The notes under the pieces: model-generated | What the model saw: only the letters and a program-made list of their open reading frames with translations | Told to the model about the DNA's origin: nothing | The model's database searches: none | Source: Sulfurovum sp. | GTDB lineage: Bacteria; Campylobacterota; Campylobacteria; Campylobacterales; Sulfurovaceae | Direction: 5' to 3' | Length of the DNA: 64,000 nt | NCBI GenBank assembly: GCA_028696055.1 | Contig: JAQVHV010000001.1 | Location: 11,001 to 75,000 of the forward strand | Position numbers and translations under genes: made by a program | In this document: positions 10,313-18,417 of the stretch, piece after piece | Position numbering within the stretch: position 1 is the first letter of the stretch | Layout of the letters: every line of letters begins with the position of its first letter

Positions 10313-10458
10313 ATAAATAAACTTATTATTGTTAATTATTGTATAAATAAACTTATTACCGTTAATTATTGTATATATTTCCATTTATTTTTGTTGCTCC
10401 TTATTGTGAAGTGTCTATATTAGGGTATTTTGAGTTCAATTAATTTTTGTATATTACA
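10313..10458 (-). repeat. Transposon end with TnsB-binding-type repeats
   Basis: 30-bp tandem repeat 10313-10342/10343-10372 (2 mismatches); core TTAATTWTTGTATA at 10332, 10362 and 10440; terminal ACA at 10456-10458. Confidence 0.85.
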
Positions 10459-11067
10459 CGGGCATTGGCCAAAAGAGGGGTATCTGTCGTGAGCGGTGCG
10501 GCGATGGGGGTCGATGCGATAGCACATAAGGGGGCAGGGGAGGAAAATACGATCGCCGTGGCAGCCAACGGGCTGGATATTCGCTATCCTGCGGTCAACA
10601 GAAAACTGATCGGGACAATTGAATCCAGAGGACTGGTGCTGAGTCAGTTCGATGAGGGGTTCAAGGCAACAGGATGGAGCTTTGTCGTACGCAATGAACT
10701 GGTCGTTGCGCTCGGGGAGATACTGATCGTCACCGAAGCTGACCTGGAGAGCGGTTCGATGCGTTCGGTGGAGTATGCCCTGAAGATGGGTAAGGAGATC
10801 TATGTCTGTCCCCATAGACTCGGAGAGAGCCAGGGGACCAATACCCTGCTCGCAGAGGGCAAAGCCAAGCCTATCTATGAGATAGAAGCTTTTGCTTCAC
10901 GCTTTGGAAAGAAAGTAAAGAGTGAAATTCCAAGAGATGAGTTCTTCTATTTTTGTCAGACCTCACCGACATTCGATGCCGCATTGGAGCGTTTCGGGGG
11001 GAGGGTCTATGAAGCGGAACTGGAAGGGGTCATCACGATACAAAACGGCATCGTGAGACTGGAGTAA
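10459..11067 (+). pseudogene. dprA: 3' part of DNA-processing protein DprA, interrupted by the transposon
   Basis: VSGAAMGVDAIAH, F..RNELVVALG, EADLESGSM.S, GTNTLL motifs; the N-terminal portion that normally precedes these motifs is absent and replaced by the transposon end. Confidence 0.88.
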
Positions 11068-11076
11068 TCCCAAGGA

Positions 11077-11589
11077 TTACTTTGAAAGCTGGTTAAAAAG
11101 GTTTTCGAGATAATCCTGAGGGATCATCCCCGCCTGTACGAACTGTACATCACCTTTTGTATCCATAGCGACCATGAAAGGGATACTTCCGCTCCATTCG
11201 GCACGTACGGCGATATAGTTGACCAGCATCCTTGCATTTTTTTCTGTGGAAACGGTATAGTTGATCCCTTTTTGGGAGACAAAATCTTTTAACTCCTCTT
11301 CATTCATCCCCTGTACTTCGACCGATACAATCGCCAGCTTGTCCTTATATTTTTCCTGAAGCTCGATGAGATGAGGGATAGACTTGAGACATGGAGGGCA
11401 TTTATGTCCAAAAAACTCGAGAAAAACCACTTTCCCTTTCAGTGAAGGGATATCCAGCCCCTGATCCGCACCTTTGGCCTGCACAGTTGTACCATTGATA
11501 TCTTTGAAAGAGAGGTCAGGCTGTTCCTCAGCATACGACCATGTCCCCAGGGAAACAATAATAAAAAAGAGAGTAAGCATTTTTTTCAT
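11077..11589 (-). CDS. TlpA-like thiol-disulfide oxidoreductase (exported)
   Basis: Signal peptide, GKVVFLEFFGHKCPPC thioredoxin-fold CxxC, IP motif. Confidence 0.85.
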   Translation of the reverse strand: MKKMLTLFFIIVSLGTWSYAEEQPDLSFKDINGTTVQAKGADQGLDIPSLKGKVVFLEFFGHKCPPCLKSIPHLIELQEKYKDKLAIVSVEVQGMNEEELKDFVSQKGINYTVSTEKNARMLVNYIAVRAEWSGSIPFMVAMDTKGDVQFVQAGMIPQDYLENLFNQLSK

Positions 11590-11669
11590 CGATAAAACCT
11601 TTGTGAGAAATTGATGGACACATTATACAGTAACAATATGTAATAAACGTGAAGCGAATAATAAAAATA

Positions 11670-11811
11670 TCCGGGGAGGGAGATAAGGAAACACAAAGAG
11701 CAACCATGGAAGGGGGTTGTTTTATTAAAGGGAAAAGTTTGAAATGTTTATAAGGAGGTATGAAATCTTCAAAGGGGAGTTAAGATTTATACAGCCCATA
11801 GTTGCTCTTGT
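11670..11811 (-). ncRNA. Candidate sRNA with a closing stem and several C-rich (anti-SD-like) loops
   Basis: 14-bp inverted repeat 11696-11709/11796-11809 enclosing CTCCCC, ACCTCCTT, TTTCCC and ACCCCCTTCC (minus strand); TATCAT -10-like box just upstream. Confidence 0.45.
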
Positions 11812-11855
11812 AATCAAATGATACAAAGAGAAGGTAAACCGAACACTAATCACAA

Positions 11856-12014
11856 CCCAAATCCGTAAATAGAAAAAAGCATTAGCTACAACCATTGCAC
11901 TCATGGGCTTCAAGTAAAATCATCGCCGAACCTACGGGTGCGACTCATATTTTGCTCAAACCCCATAAGCACAAGCACTGCAGCTACTGCAAATTTTCTA
12001 TTTCCGGATCTGGG
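11856..12014 (-). ncRNA. Candidate ~160-nt rod-shaped structured RNA
   Basis: Nested inverted repeats 11856-11876/11994-12014 and 11879-11890/11979-11990 plus inner stems; most mismatches become G-U pairs on the minus strand. Confidence 0.45.
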
Positions 12015-12081
12015 CACAAAGAGTGACTTAACCATAGAAGGAGTAAGATAGTAAAACAGATCATACAGAAAAGGAGAAACG

Positions 12082-12291
12082 ATGGATCCGGTAGAAAAAG
12101 ATATTCAGGCAAGAAAAGAGGAGATCCTTGCGGAAGTGAGAGCGATCTTTAAAGCCAATATGAAGTTCACGGACTGGAATGTCCCGGAAGCAAATGACAG
12201 GCTTGGAGCCGAGCTGATCATAGGGGTGATGCAGGAGGCGCTTGATACGCTGAAAAAAGAGGTGGAGGAAGGGAAATACGACATCTATTGA
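12082..12291 (+). CDS. Small hypothetical protein
   Basis: AAGGAG RBS, 69-aa helical ORF with host-like codon usage. Confidence 0.7.
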   Translation: MDPVEKDIQARKEEILAEVRAIFKANMKFTDWNVPEANDRLGAELIIGVMQEALDTLKKEVEEGKYDIY

Positions 12292-12373
12292 TCCTGCAAG
12301 CATAGTGTCCGATGGCGCGAGATGAAGCCCAGTTGTATTATAATGGTTTTTTAAAGTGAAAGAAGGGCGTTGC

Positions 12374-13477
12374 ATGAGTAAAAAAATTTGGTTTGTGTTT
12401 TTCATCCTGTTGGCATGGGTTGGAAGTTCGGCAGATGAAATCAAAAAGAGAGAGCTGTCTGAAATGGCCGGACAGATGTTGATGGTCGGGTTTTACGGCA
12501 CTTCTGCCCCTGAAGACTCGCAGATCTGCCGGGATATCAAAAGATACAATCTGGGGGGAGTGATACTCTTTGACTTCAACCCTGTGGACAAGAACAAACC
12601 TAAAAACATCGCAAGCAGGGTACAGTTGGCAAAACTGACAAGAGAGCTTCAATCCTGTTCCTCTGACGGCAAGCTTTTGATCGCTGTGGATCAGGAGGGC
12701 GGGCGCGTCCAGCGTCTGAAGAGCCAGTATGGGTTTTACGGTCAGTACCCCAAAGCTTCAGGTGTCAGTAAAATGGACCGTTCACAGGTGAAAACTACCT
12801 ATGAAAAGATGGCCAAAGAGCTTCAAAGCGTAGGGATCAATTTCGATCTTGCACCGGTTGTCGATCTCTCTATCAATCCCGAAAACCATGTGATCAACGG
12901 TCTGGGAAGATCTTTCGGTAAAGATCCGAAAAAGGTCGCTGCATTCTCCTCTGCCTTTATCGATGCGATGCATCGTTACGGCGTTCTCACCTCCCTCAAA
13001 CACTTTCCGGGACACGGTTCTTCGCTGGGGGATACCCATAAAGGTTTTGTAGATGTCAGCGATCTATGGCAGCCTGAAGAGCTGGAGCCCTACAGGCTTC
13101 TTGTCGATAAAGCAGATACCGTGATGGTAGCACATGTCTTCAACAAAAAACTGGACAGCCAATACCCTGCCAGCCTCTCTTTTGAAACAGTGACCAAAAA
13201 GCTTCGGTGGCATTTAGGGTATCATGGTGTCGTGATCACCGATGATCTGCAGATGGGAGCGATCTCACAAAAATACGGGTTGAAAAATACTTTAAAACTG
13301 GCGATCAATGCGGGAGATGACATCCTGCTCTTTGGAAACCAGCTTGATCCCGCAAAGACGGTAAGCGCCAAAGAACTGGTCGATACTGTTATGGCACTGG
13401 TAAAGAGCGGAGAGATCAAGGAAGAGAGTATTATCAAAGCCTATCAGAGGATACAAAGGCTCAAAGAGAAACTATAG
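12374..13477 (+). CDS. nagZ: GH3 beta-N-acetylhexosaminidase (NagZ-like, exported)
   Basis: Signal peptide MSKKIWF..., DQEGGRVQRL, KHFPGHG..DTH, ITDDLQMGA. Confidence 0.88.
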   Translation: MSKKIWFVFFILLAWVGSSADEIKKRELSEMAGQMLMVGFYGTSAPEDSQICRDIKRYNLGGVILFDFNPVDKNKPKNIASRVQLAKLTRELQSCSSDGKLLIAVDQEGGRVQRLKSQYGFYGQYPKASGVSKMDRSQVKTTYEKMAKELQSVGINFDLAPVVDLSINPENHVINGLGRSFGKDPKKVAAFSSAFIDAMHRYGVLTSLKHFPGHGSSLGDTHKGFVDVSDLWQPEELEPYRLLVDKADTVMVAHVFNKKLDSQYPASLSFETVTKKLRWHLGYHGVVITDDLQMGAISQKYGLKNTLKLAINAGDDILLFGNQLDPAKTVSAKELVDTVMALVKSGEIKEESIIKAYQRIQRLKEKL

Positions 13478-13509
13478 TCTTATATTCCCTATTACGTACA
13501 GTATAGATC

Positions 13510-14700
13510 TTATCTCAGTCTCACCCTAAAAAAATTGATAAATAGGGTTGCGAAAATGAATCCGACCAGAGTGACTCCCATTGCAATAAAAAAGTGCTGC
13601 ACACCGAAGTAGTCTACCGCAGGGTGAAAGAGGATAGGTGAGAAGAACTGCCCCATGAAGAGCGAGCTTGTCAGGTAGCCTGAAGATCTGATACGTTTGC
13701 TCTCATGGGCGAGATGAAGCATCCATGCCATGATATTGGTCATCAGCAGCCCACCGCCGAATCCGAGGATCGGCGAGGTGAAAAAGAAAAGATAGACGTG
13801 ATGGACATTACCGATCAGAAGAAAACCTACCGCGACGATACCCATACCGATCATGTAGATGGATTTAAAATCATAGTATATTTTAAGACGGGCAAAGGTG
13901 AGCGCCCCGAGTGCATTGAAAATGAATGCCATAGCGATGATCATCCCCGTGAGCTTCCCGTCCGCCCCGAAATGGTTCATCATCAAAAAGGGCATCTGCG
14001 TAGGGAGGATATAAAAAATCAGCATCAAGATAAAGGCAAGCAGATAGATCCTGAAGAGTTTAGGCTGAACGTTATGCTCCTCACCCAGCGGATGGTAACG
14101 GGAAGGCTCTTTGATATACAAAAAGACCAGGGGCAGAAAGAGGATACCTGAGAGGTAGATACCGAAACTATAGCGCCAGTCGATATCGCTGAGCATACCT
14201 CCTGCGAGTAAAAAGAGAAGCCCGCCTACGGAGGTAAAAGCACTTTGCAGACCCATATAGCGATGCCGCTCCTCAGCCTGAAAATAATCCCCGATCAGGG
14301 AGGTGGTCAGTATCATCAGCACGGCGATCGCAATACCCAGTGCAAAACGGGAAAGAAGCAGGGAGTAGATATCGGGCAGGTAGAGTCCTGCACTTCCTGC
14401 CAGGGCAAAAAAAAGCAGTGCCGCTATCAATGCATGGGTACGTTTGAAACGATGCAGGAAGTGCCCGAGGAAAGGTGCGAGGATCGCGATGGCAAGAGAG
14501 GGGAAGGTAAGCATCATCCTGGAGAGAAATTCGATCTGTACGATCTCGGGAAAATAGTCTTTCAGGTGGGGCAGTGAGGTGACGATGGCGACATTGGACA
14601 TCATCGTTGTCATCGAGAGCAGCAGCAGGGTGATCTTCGTACGGTTTGCGATAGGCAAAAAATCTCCTTGGGAGACGGTTTTAAATAACATTATATCCAA
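13510..14700 (-). CDS. MFS transporter
   Basis: About 12 hydrophobic segments, SRFALGIA, GGMLSDIDWR; exact start uncertain. Confidence 0.85.
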   Translation of the reverse strand: MDIMLFKTVSQGDFLPIANRTKITLLLLSMTTMMSNVAIVTSLPHLKDYFPEIVQIEFLSRMMLTFPSLAIAILAPFLGHFLHRFKRTHALIAALLFFALAGSAGLYLPDIYSLLLSRFALGIAIAVLMILTTSLIGDYFQAEERHRYMGLQSAFTSVGGLLFLLAGGMLSDIDWRYSFGIYLSGILFLPLVFLYIKEPSRYHPLGEEHNVQPKLFRIYLLAFILMLIFYILPTQMPFLMMNHFGADGKLTGMIIAMAFIFNALGALTFARLKIYYDFKSIYMIGMGIVAVGFLLIGNVHHVYLFFFTSPILGFGGGLLMTNIMAWMLHLAHESKRIRSSGYLTSSLFMGQFFSPILFHPAVDYFGVQHFFIAMGVTLVGFIFATLFINFFRVRLR

Positions 14701-14767
14701 GCTCTGTTAGAATAGTGTAAAGAGTCGTTAGGCACGTCAGAAGCTTACATCTTGGAAAGGTTGGCGC

Positions 14768-15976
14768 ATGGAAGAAATGCAAAAGATCATCAACTATCAT
14801 AAAGATACACGTAAATGGCAAATTGGAATGGTCGTTGTCATCGGCGTCATGTTTATTGCTCTCTATCTCTTTGTTTCAAGGGATTCACAGCAGATGGCCT
14901 ATCGTTATGTGACGGAAGCATTGGAAAAAAGTGATCTTTCGCTTACCGTATCAGCCAGCGGGTATATCCAGCCGCTGGAAAGTGTGGATGTGGGTACTGA
15001 GGTCTCTGGTACCATCGAAGAGGTCTATGTCGATTATAACGATCAGGTAAAAAAAGGCCAGCTTCTGGCGAGCCTGGATACGACAAAATATCAAAGTGCC
15101 TACGATAGGGCAAAGGCCTCGCTTGAGATCTCCCGGGCGGCACTGGAGAGTGCCCGGGCGCAACACTATCATGCTGATACAACCATCGAACGGTATAAGC
15201 AGCTTAAGATCTCTTCCCGAGGTACATTGCCGACACAGAGTGACTGGGACAGAGAGTGGGCAAACTATCTGCTTGCCAAAGCGCAGATCGCCAATGCACA
15301 GGCACAGATCGACCAGGCCGGTCACGCGTTGAAGGCTGCAGAGTACGATCTGGAACGTACGAAGATTTATTCACCCGTTGACGGGACGATCTTGGTGAGA
15401 AATGTCGATCCCGGGCAGACTGTGGCAGCGACTTTTCAAACCCCGGTACTTTTCAATATCGCAAAAGACCTGAGCAAGATGGAGCTTCAGATCAGTATCG
15501 ATGAGGCGGATATCGGGAAGATAGCACCAGGACAGAAGGCAAGCTTTAGTGTCGATGCCTATCCTGATACTGATTTCAATACCTCGATCAGTCAGGTCAG
15601 GATCAATTCGGAAATCCTTGACAGTGTTGTAACCTATAAGGCGATCATGGATGTGAATAATGAGAATCTGCTGCTCAAACCGGGTATGAGTGTCGATGCG
15701 GATATCGTGACAAAAACACTCAGTGGTGCGTTTGTTGTCAAGCGGGCTGCGCTGCTCTTCATCCCTGTAGAACCACAGTCAAGATCATTTTTTGGTGGAG
15801 AGAAAAATAGAAAAATCAAAGTTGATCCAAAGCCACATGTCTGGATACTCAAAGAAGGAACCCCCAAAAAAGTCTATGTCAAGGTACTTGGGAATAACGG
15901 GCCGTTGAGTGCAATAGAGTCAAAAGAATTGCAAGAGGGAGACAAGATCATTATCAATCAGGAAAAGGCATCATGA
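14768..15976 (+). CDS. MacA-like efflux periplasmic adaptor
   Basis: N-terminal TM, VGTEVSGTI..V.VDYNDQVKKGQLL lipoyl-like motif, coiled coil, LKPGMS. Confidence 0.88.
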   Translation: MEEMQKIINYHKDTRKWQIGMVVVIGVMFIALYLFVSRDSQQMAYRYVTEALEKSDLSLTVSASGYIQPLESVDVGTEVSGTIEEVYVDYNDQVKKGQLLASLDTTKYQSAYDRAKASLEISRAALESARAQHYHADTTIERYKQLKISSRGTLPTQSDWDREWANYLLAKAQIANAQAQIDQAGHALKAAEYDLERTKIYSPVDGTILVRNVDPGQTVAATFQTPVLFNIAKDLSKMELQISIDEADIGKIAPGQKASFSVDAYPDTDFNTSISQVRINSEILDSVVTYKAIMDVNNENLLLKPGMSVDADIVTKTLSGAFVVKRAALLFIPVEPQSRSFFGGEKNRKIKVDPKPHVWILKEGTPKKVYVKVLGNNGPLSAIESKELQEGDKIIINQEKAS

Positions 15977-16653
15977 TCTCTCTGAAAAAGATCAGCAAGA
16001 TCTACGGAAGCGGCGATGCTGCGAGTACTGTTCTGCATGAGATCGATCTTGAGATCAGAGAGGGAGAGTTTGTCGCGATCATGGGGCCCAGCGGAAGCGG
16101 TAAATCGACGCTTCTGAATATCCTGGGGACCCTGGATGTACCCAGCAGAGGGCAGTACGCCTTCCTGGATACAGAGATCGGTTCTCTCAGCCCTGATCAG
16201 CGTGCGCTCTTCAGAAGATCTCTTCTGGGGTTTATCTTTCAGGGATATAATCTTTTAAAAAAAACAACCTCCATCGAGAATGTGGAGATGCCCCTGATCT
16301 ATCAGGGGATCGACAGCAAAACACGAAGAGAGATGGCCATTGAGGCACTGAAGGAAGTAGGGCTGGAAGATAGGCTTTCTTATGATCCCGGGCAGCTCTC
16401 GGGAGGGCAGCAGCAGCGTGTGGCAATCGCCAGGGCGATGGTGACACGTCCCAGGATACTGATCGCGGATGAACCAACGGGAAATCTTGATACCAAGCGA
16501 GGACATGAGATCATGGAGCTGATCCGAAACTTTAATCAGCAGGGGATCACAGTGATCATGGTAACCCATGAAGATGATATCGCAGCCTATGCTTCCCGGA
16601 CGATCTATCTGCGTGACGGGGTGATCGAAAAAGAGGTGAATCATGTTTCGTAA
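15973..16653 (+). CDS. ABC transporter ATP-binding protein (MacB/LolD-like)
   Basis: [31 protein letters not shown]. Confidence 0.93.
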   Translation: MISLKKISKIYGSGDAASTVLHEIDLEIREGEFVAIMGPSGSGKSTLLNILGTLDVPSRGQYAFLDTEIGSLSPDQRALFRRSLLGFIFQGYNLLKKTTSIENVEMPLIYQGIDSKTRREMAIEALKEVGLEDRLSYDPGQLSGGQQQRVAIARAMVTRPRILIADEPTGNLDTKRGHEIMELIRNFNQQGITVIMVTHEDDIAAYASRTIYLRDGVIEKEVNHVS

Positions 16654-17854
16654 TGCATTTTTGCAGGCATTGCGTGAGATCAGAAGAAACCTTATGCGGT
16701 CGCTGCTTACTGCCGTGGGTATCGTCATCGGTATCGCCTCAGTGATCGCGATGGTCAATATAGGTAAGGGTGCCAGTAAGTCGATCACCCAGAGCGTGGA
16801 ACAGCTGGGAAGCAACACCCTATATATTACCCCGGGGCAGCGAAGAGGGCCGGGAACGAGAGGGGTGATAGAGAAACCTTTTAAAGAGAAAGACCTTGAA
16901 ACGATCCGCTCCTCGGTCTATGCACTCAATGTCATCTCCCCGGTAGAGTCTGCCTATATGACTGTGATCTACAAAGAACAAAACTACCGTACCAGTATCA
17001 GGGGTGTGGAAAATGAGTATCTACAGGCGCAAAACTGGAACCTGGCAGAAGGTAGAGCCTTTGAGAAGAATGAACTCAGGACGGGACAGAATGTCTGTAT
17101 CCTGGGTCAGAGTGTTATCAGCAACCTCTCCTTGGACCCCAAGTCGATCATAGGCAACAAGATCCGTCTCAAAAACTTCTCCTGTGAAGTGATCGGCGTG
17201 CTTGAGGTGAAAGGCGCCAATACGTTCGGGGCGGATCAGGATGATGTGGTGCTGGTCCCTTTTTCTCTCTTCCAGAGGCGTATAGGGGGAAGCGACAATA
17301 TCCACCTGATGATGGCGGCAGTCAAGGAGAATGTCCCGCTTGAGCTGGCAAAGACCCAGATCGAGCGGGTGCTCAGGGAGCGGAGAAATATCGAAAAAGA
17401 GGATGAAGACAATTTTCAGGTCAGGAGCATGACCGCACTGTTGGATACGATTTCTCAGGTGACAACTGTACTGACGGTCATGCTTGGGGCGGTAGCTGCT
17501 ATCTCGCTGATCGTAGGGGGGATCGGGATCATGAATATCATGTTGGTCTCTGTGACCGAACGTACCCGCGAGATAGGGATACGCATGGCGGTGGGAGCGA
17601 TGGCAAAAGATATCCTGGTACAGTTTCTTATCGAATCGATCGTACTTTCGGGCCTGGGCGGGATCGTAGGGATCGCTGCGGGTATGCTGATCACTTTCGG
17701 GGTGGCAACATGGCTTGATATTGCACTGGTGATCGACCCTTTCATTACAATGATCGCACTGATCTTCTCGATGGTGATCGGTATCGTCTTTGGGATTATC
17801 CCTGCCAGAAAAGCAGCCAATATGAACCCCATCGATGCTTTGCGATATGAATAG
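16643..17854 (+). CDS. MacB-like ABC permease
   Basis: RSLLT..GIVIG, GIGIMNIMLVSVTERTREIGIR, PIDALRYE. Confidence 0.92.
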   Translation: MFRNAFLQALREIRRNLMRSLLTAVGIVIGIASVIAMVNIGKGASKSITQSVEQLGSNTLYITPGQRRGPGTRGVIEKPFKEKDLETIRSSVYALNVISPVESAYMTVIYKEQNYRTSIRGVENEYLQAQNWNLAEGRAFEKNELRTGQNVCILGQSVISNLSLDPKSIIGNKIRLKNFSCEVIGVLEVKGANTFGADQDDVVLVPFSLFQRRIGGSDNIHLMMAAVKENVPLELAKTQIERVLRERRNIEKEDEDNFQVRSMTALLDTISQVTTVLTVMLGAVAAISLIVGGIGIMNIMLVSVTERTREIGIRMAVGAMAKDILVQFLIESIVLSGLGGIVGIAAGMLITFGVATWLDIALVIDPFITMIALIFSMVIGIVFGIIPARKAANMNPIDALRYE

Positions 17855-17860
17855 GAAAGA

Positions 17861-18247
17861 TTATACTCCCAGATATCTCTCCAGGATGATCTTTGCCGCC
17901 ATTGAGTCAAGCCGACCGTCCCTTTTGTGCCTGAAGTCGCCTTTGGTCAGCTCTTTGGCTTCGAAGCTTGAGCCCTGCTCATCCTGGTAGTCCACTGCGA
18001 TATCCAGATCGAGCAGAGAGACAAAGTGTTTGATGCGGCGCTCCATCTCCTCTTCGGCAGAGCCTCCTTTGGGAAGTCCTACGATCAGCTTCTCTATCTC
18101 CCACTCTTCTAAAAAATGGTTAAGATCCTTTGCCGCCTGGTTACGGTTTTTTCTCAGGATCGCCTCCTGGGGCAAAATGATCTTGCCATCCAGGCAGATC
18201 GCGACACCGATACGTTTAAGTCCTACATCTATACTGGCTAGTTTCAT
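17861..18247 (-). CDS. ruvX: Holliday junction resolvase-like RuvX/YqgF
   Basis: IDVGLKRIGVA, IVGLP, QDE..SS, D..AA..IL; likely start MKLAS at 18247. Confidence 0.9.
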   Translation of the reverse strand: MKLASIDVGLKRIGVAICLDGKIILPQEAILRKNRNQAAKDLNHFLEEWEIEKLIVGLPKGGSAEEEMERRIKHFVSLLDLDIAVDYQDEQGSSFEAKELTKGDFRHKRDGRLDSMAAKIILERYLGV

Positions 18248-18417
18248 AAGTGAAATTATACCAGAGCTTCCCAAAAACCCTGAAAAGAGATCTTTTTGGA
18301 AAGATAATAAGCTCACAAAAAACGTTTGTGGCGCGATGGTGATCGATGATAAATTTTGACTTAAATCATGAGTAAAATCAATTACCTGTATGATAAAATA
18401 CCCGAAAGGAGTTTTAC

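Larger units (their letters stand above)
1..10458 (-). mobile_element. Tn7-like transposon (tnsA-tnsB-tnsC-tniQ plus defence cargo), other end outside the window; inserted in dprA
   Basis: Four core transposition genes in tandem; end reads TGTAATATACAAAAATTAA on the minus strand from 10458; internal TATACAAWAATTAA repeats; visibly more AT-rich than the flank; dprA coding sequence resumes right after the end. Confidence 0.9.

Noticed and set aside
10313-10375. 30-bp repeat as a mini CRISPR array (CAST)
   Set aside because: The copies are directly adjacent with no spacer and match the terminal motif; no cas genes are visible in this part of the element
10271-10384. N-terminal extension of the tnsA ORF (MEIYTIINGNKFIYTIINNNKF...)
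   Set aside because: It is just the translation of the 30-bp transposon end repeats; the real start is likely ATG 10270
11725-11913. 62-aa hydrophobic ORF as a type I toxin
   Set aside because: TTG start without an RBS, and it runs across two structured elements; no support beyond hydrophobicity
11670-12014. tmRNA, RNase P RNA, SRP RNA or tRNA identity for the structured region
   Set aside because: None of the hallmark motifs (GAGGAAAGTCC, tRNA-like ends with a T-loop, SRP GGAA/AGCAG loop) are present
14768-17854. MacAB-like efflux operon as an acquired resistance island
   Set aside because: Host-like composition, no mobility signatures, and a common family
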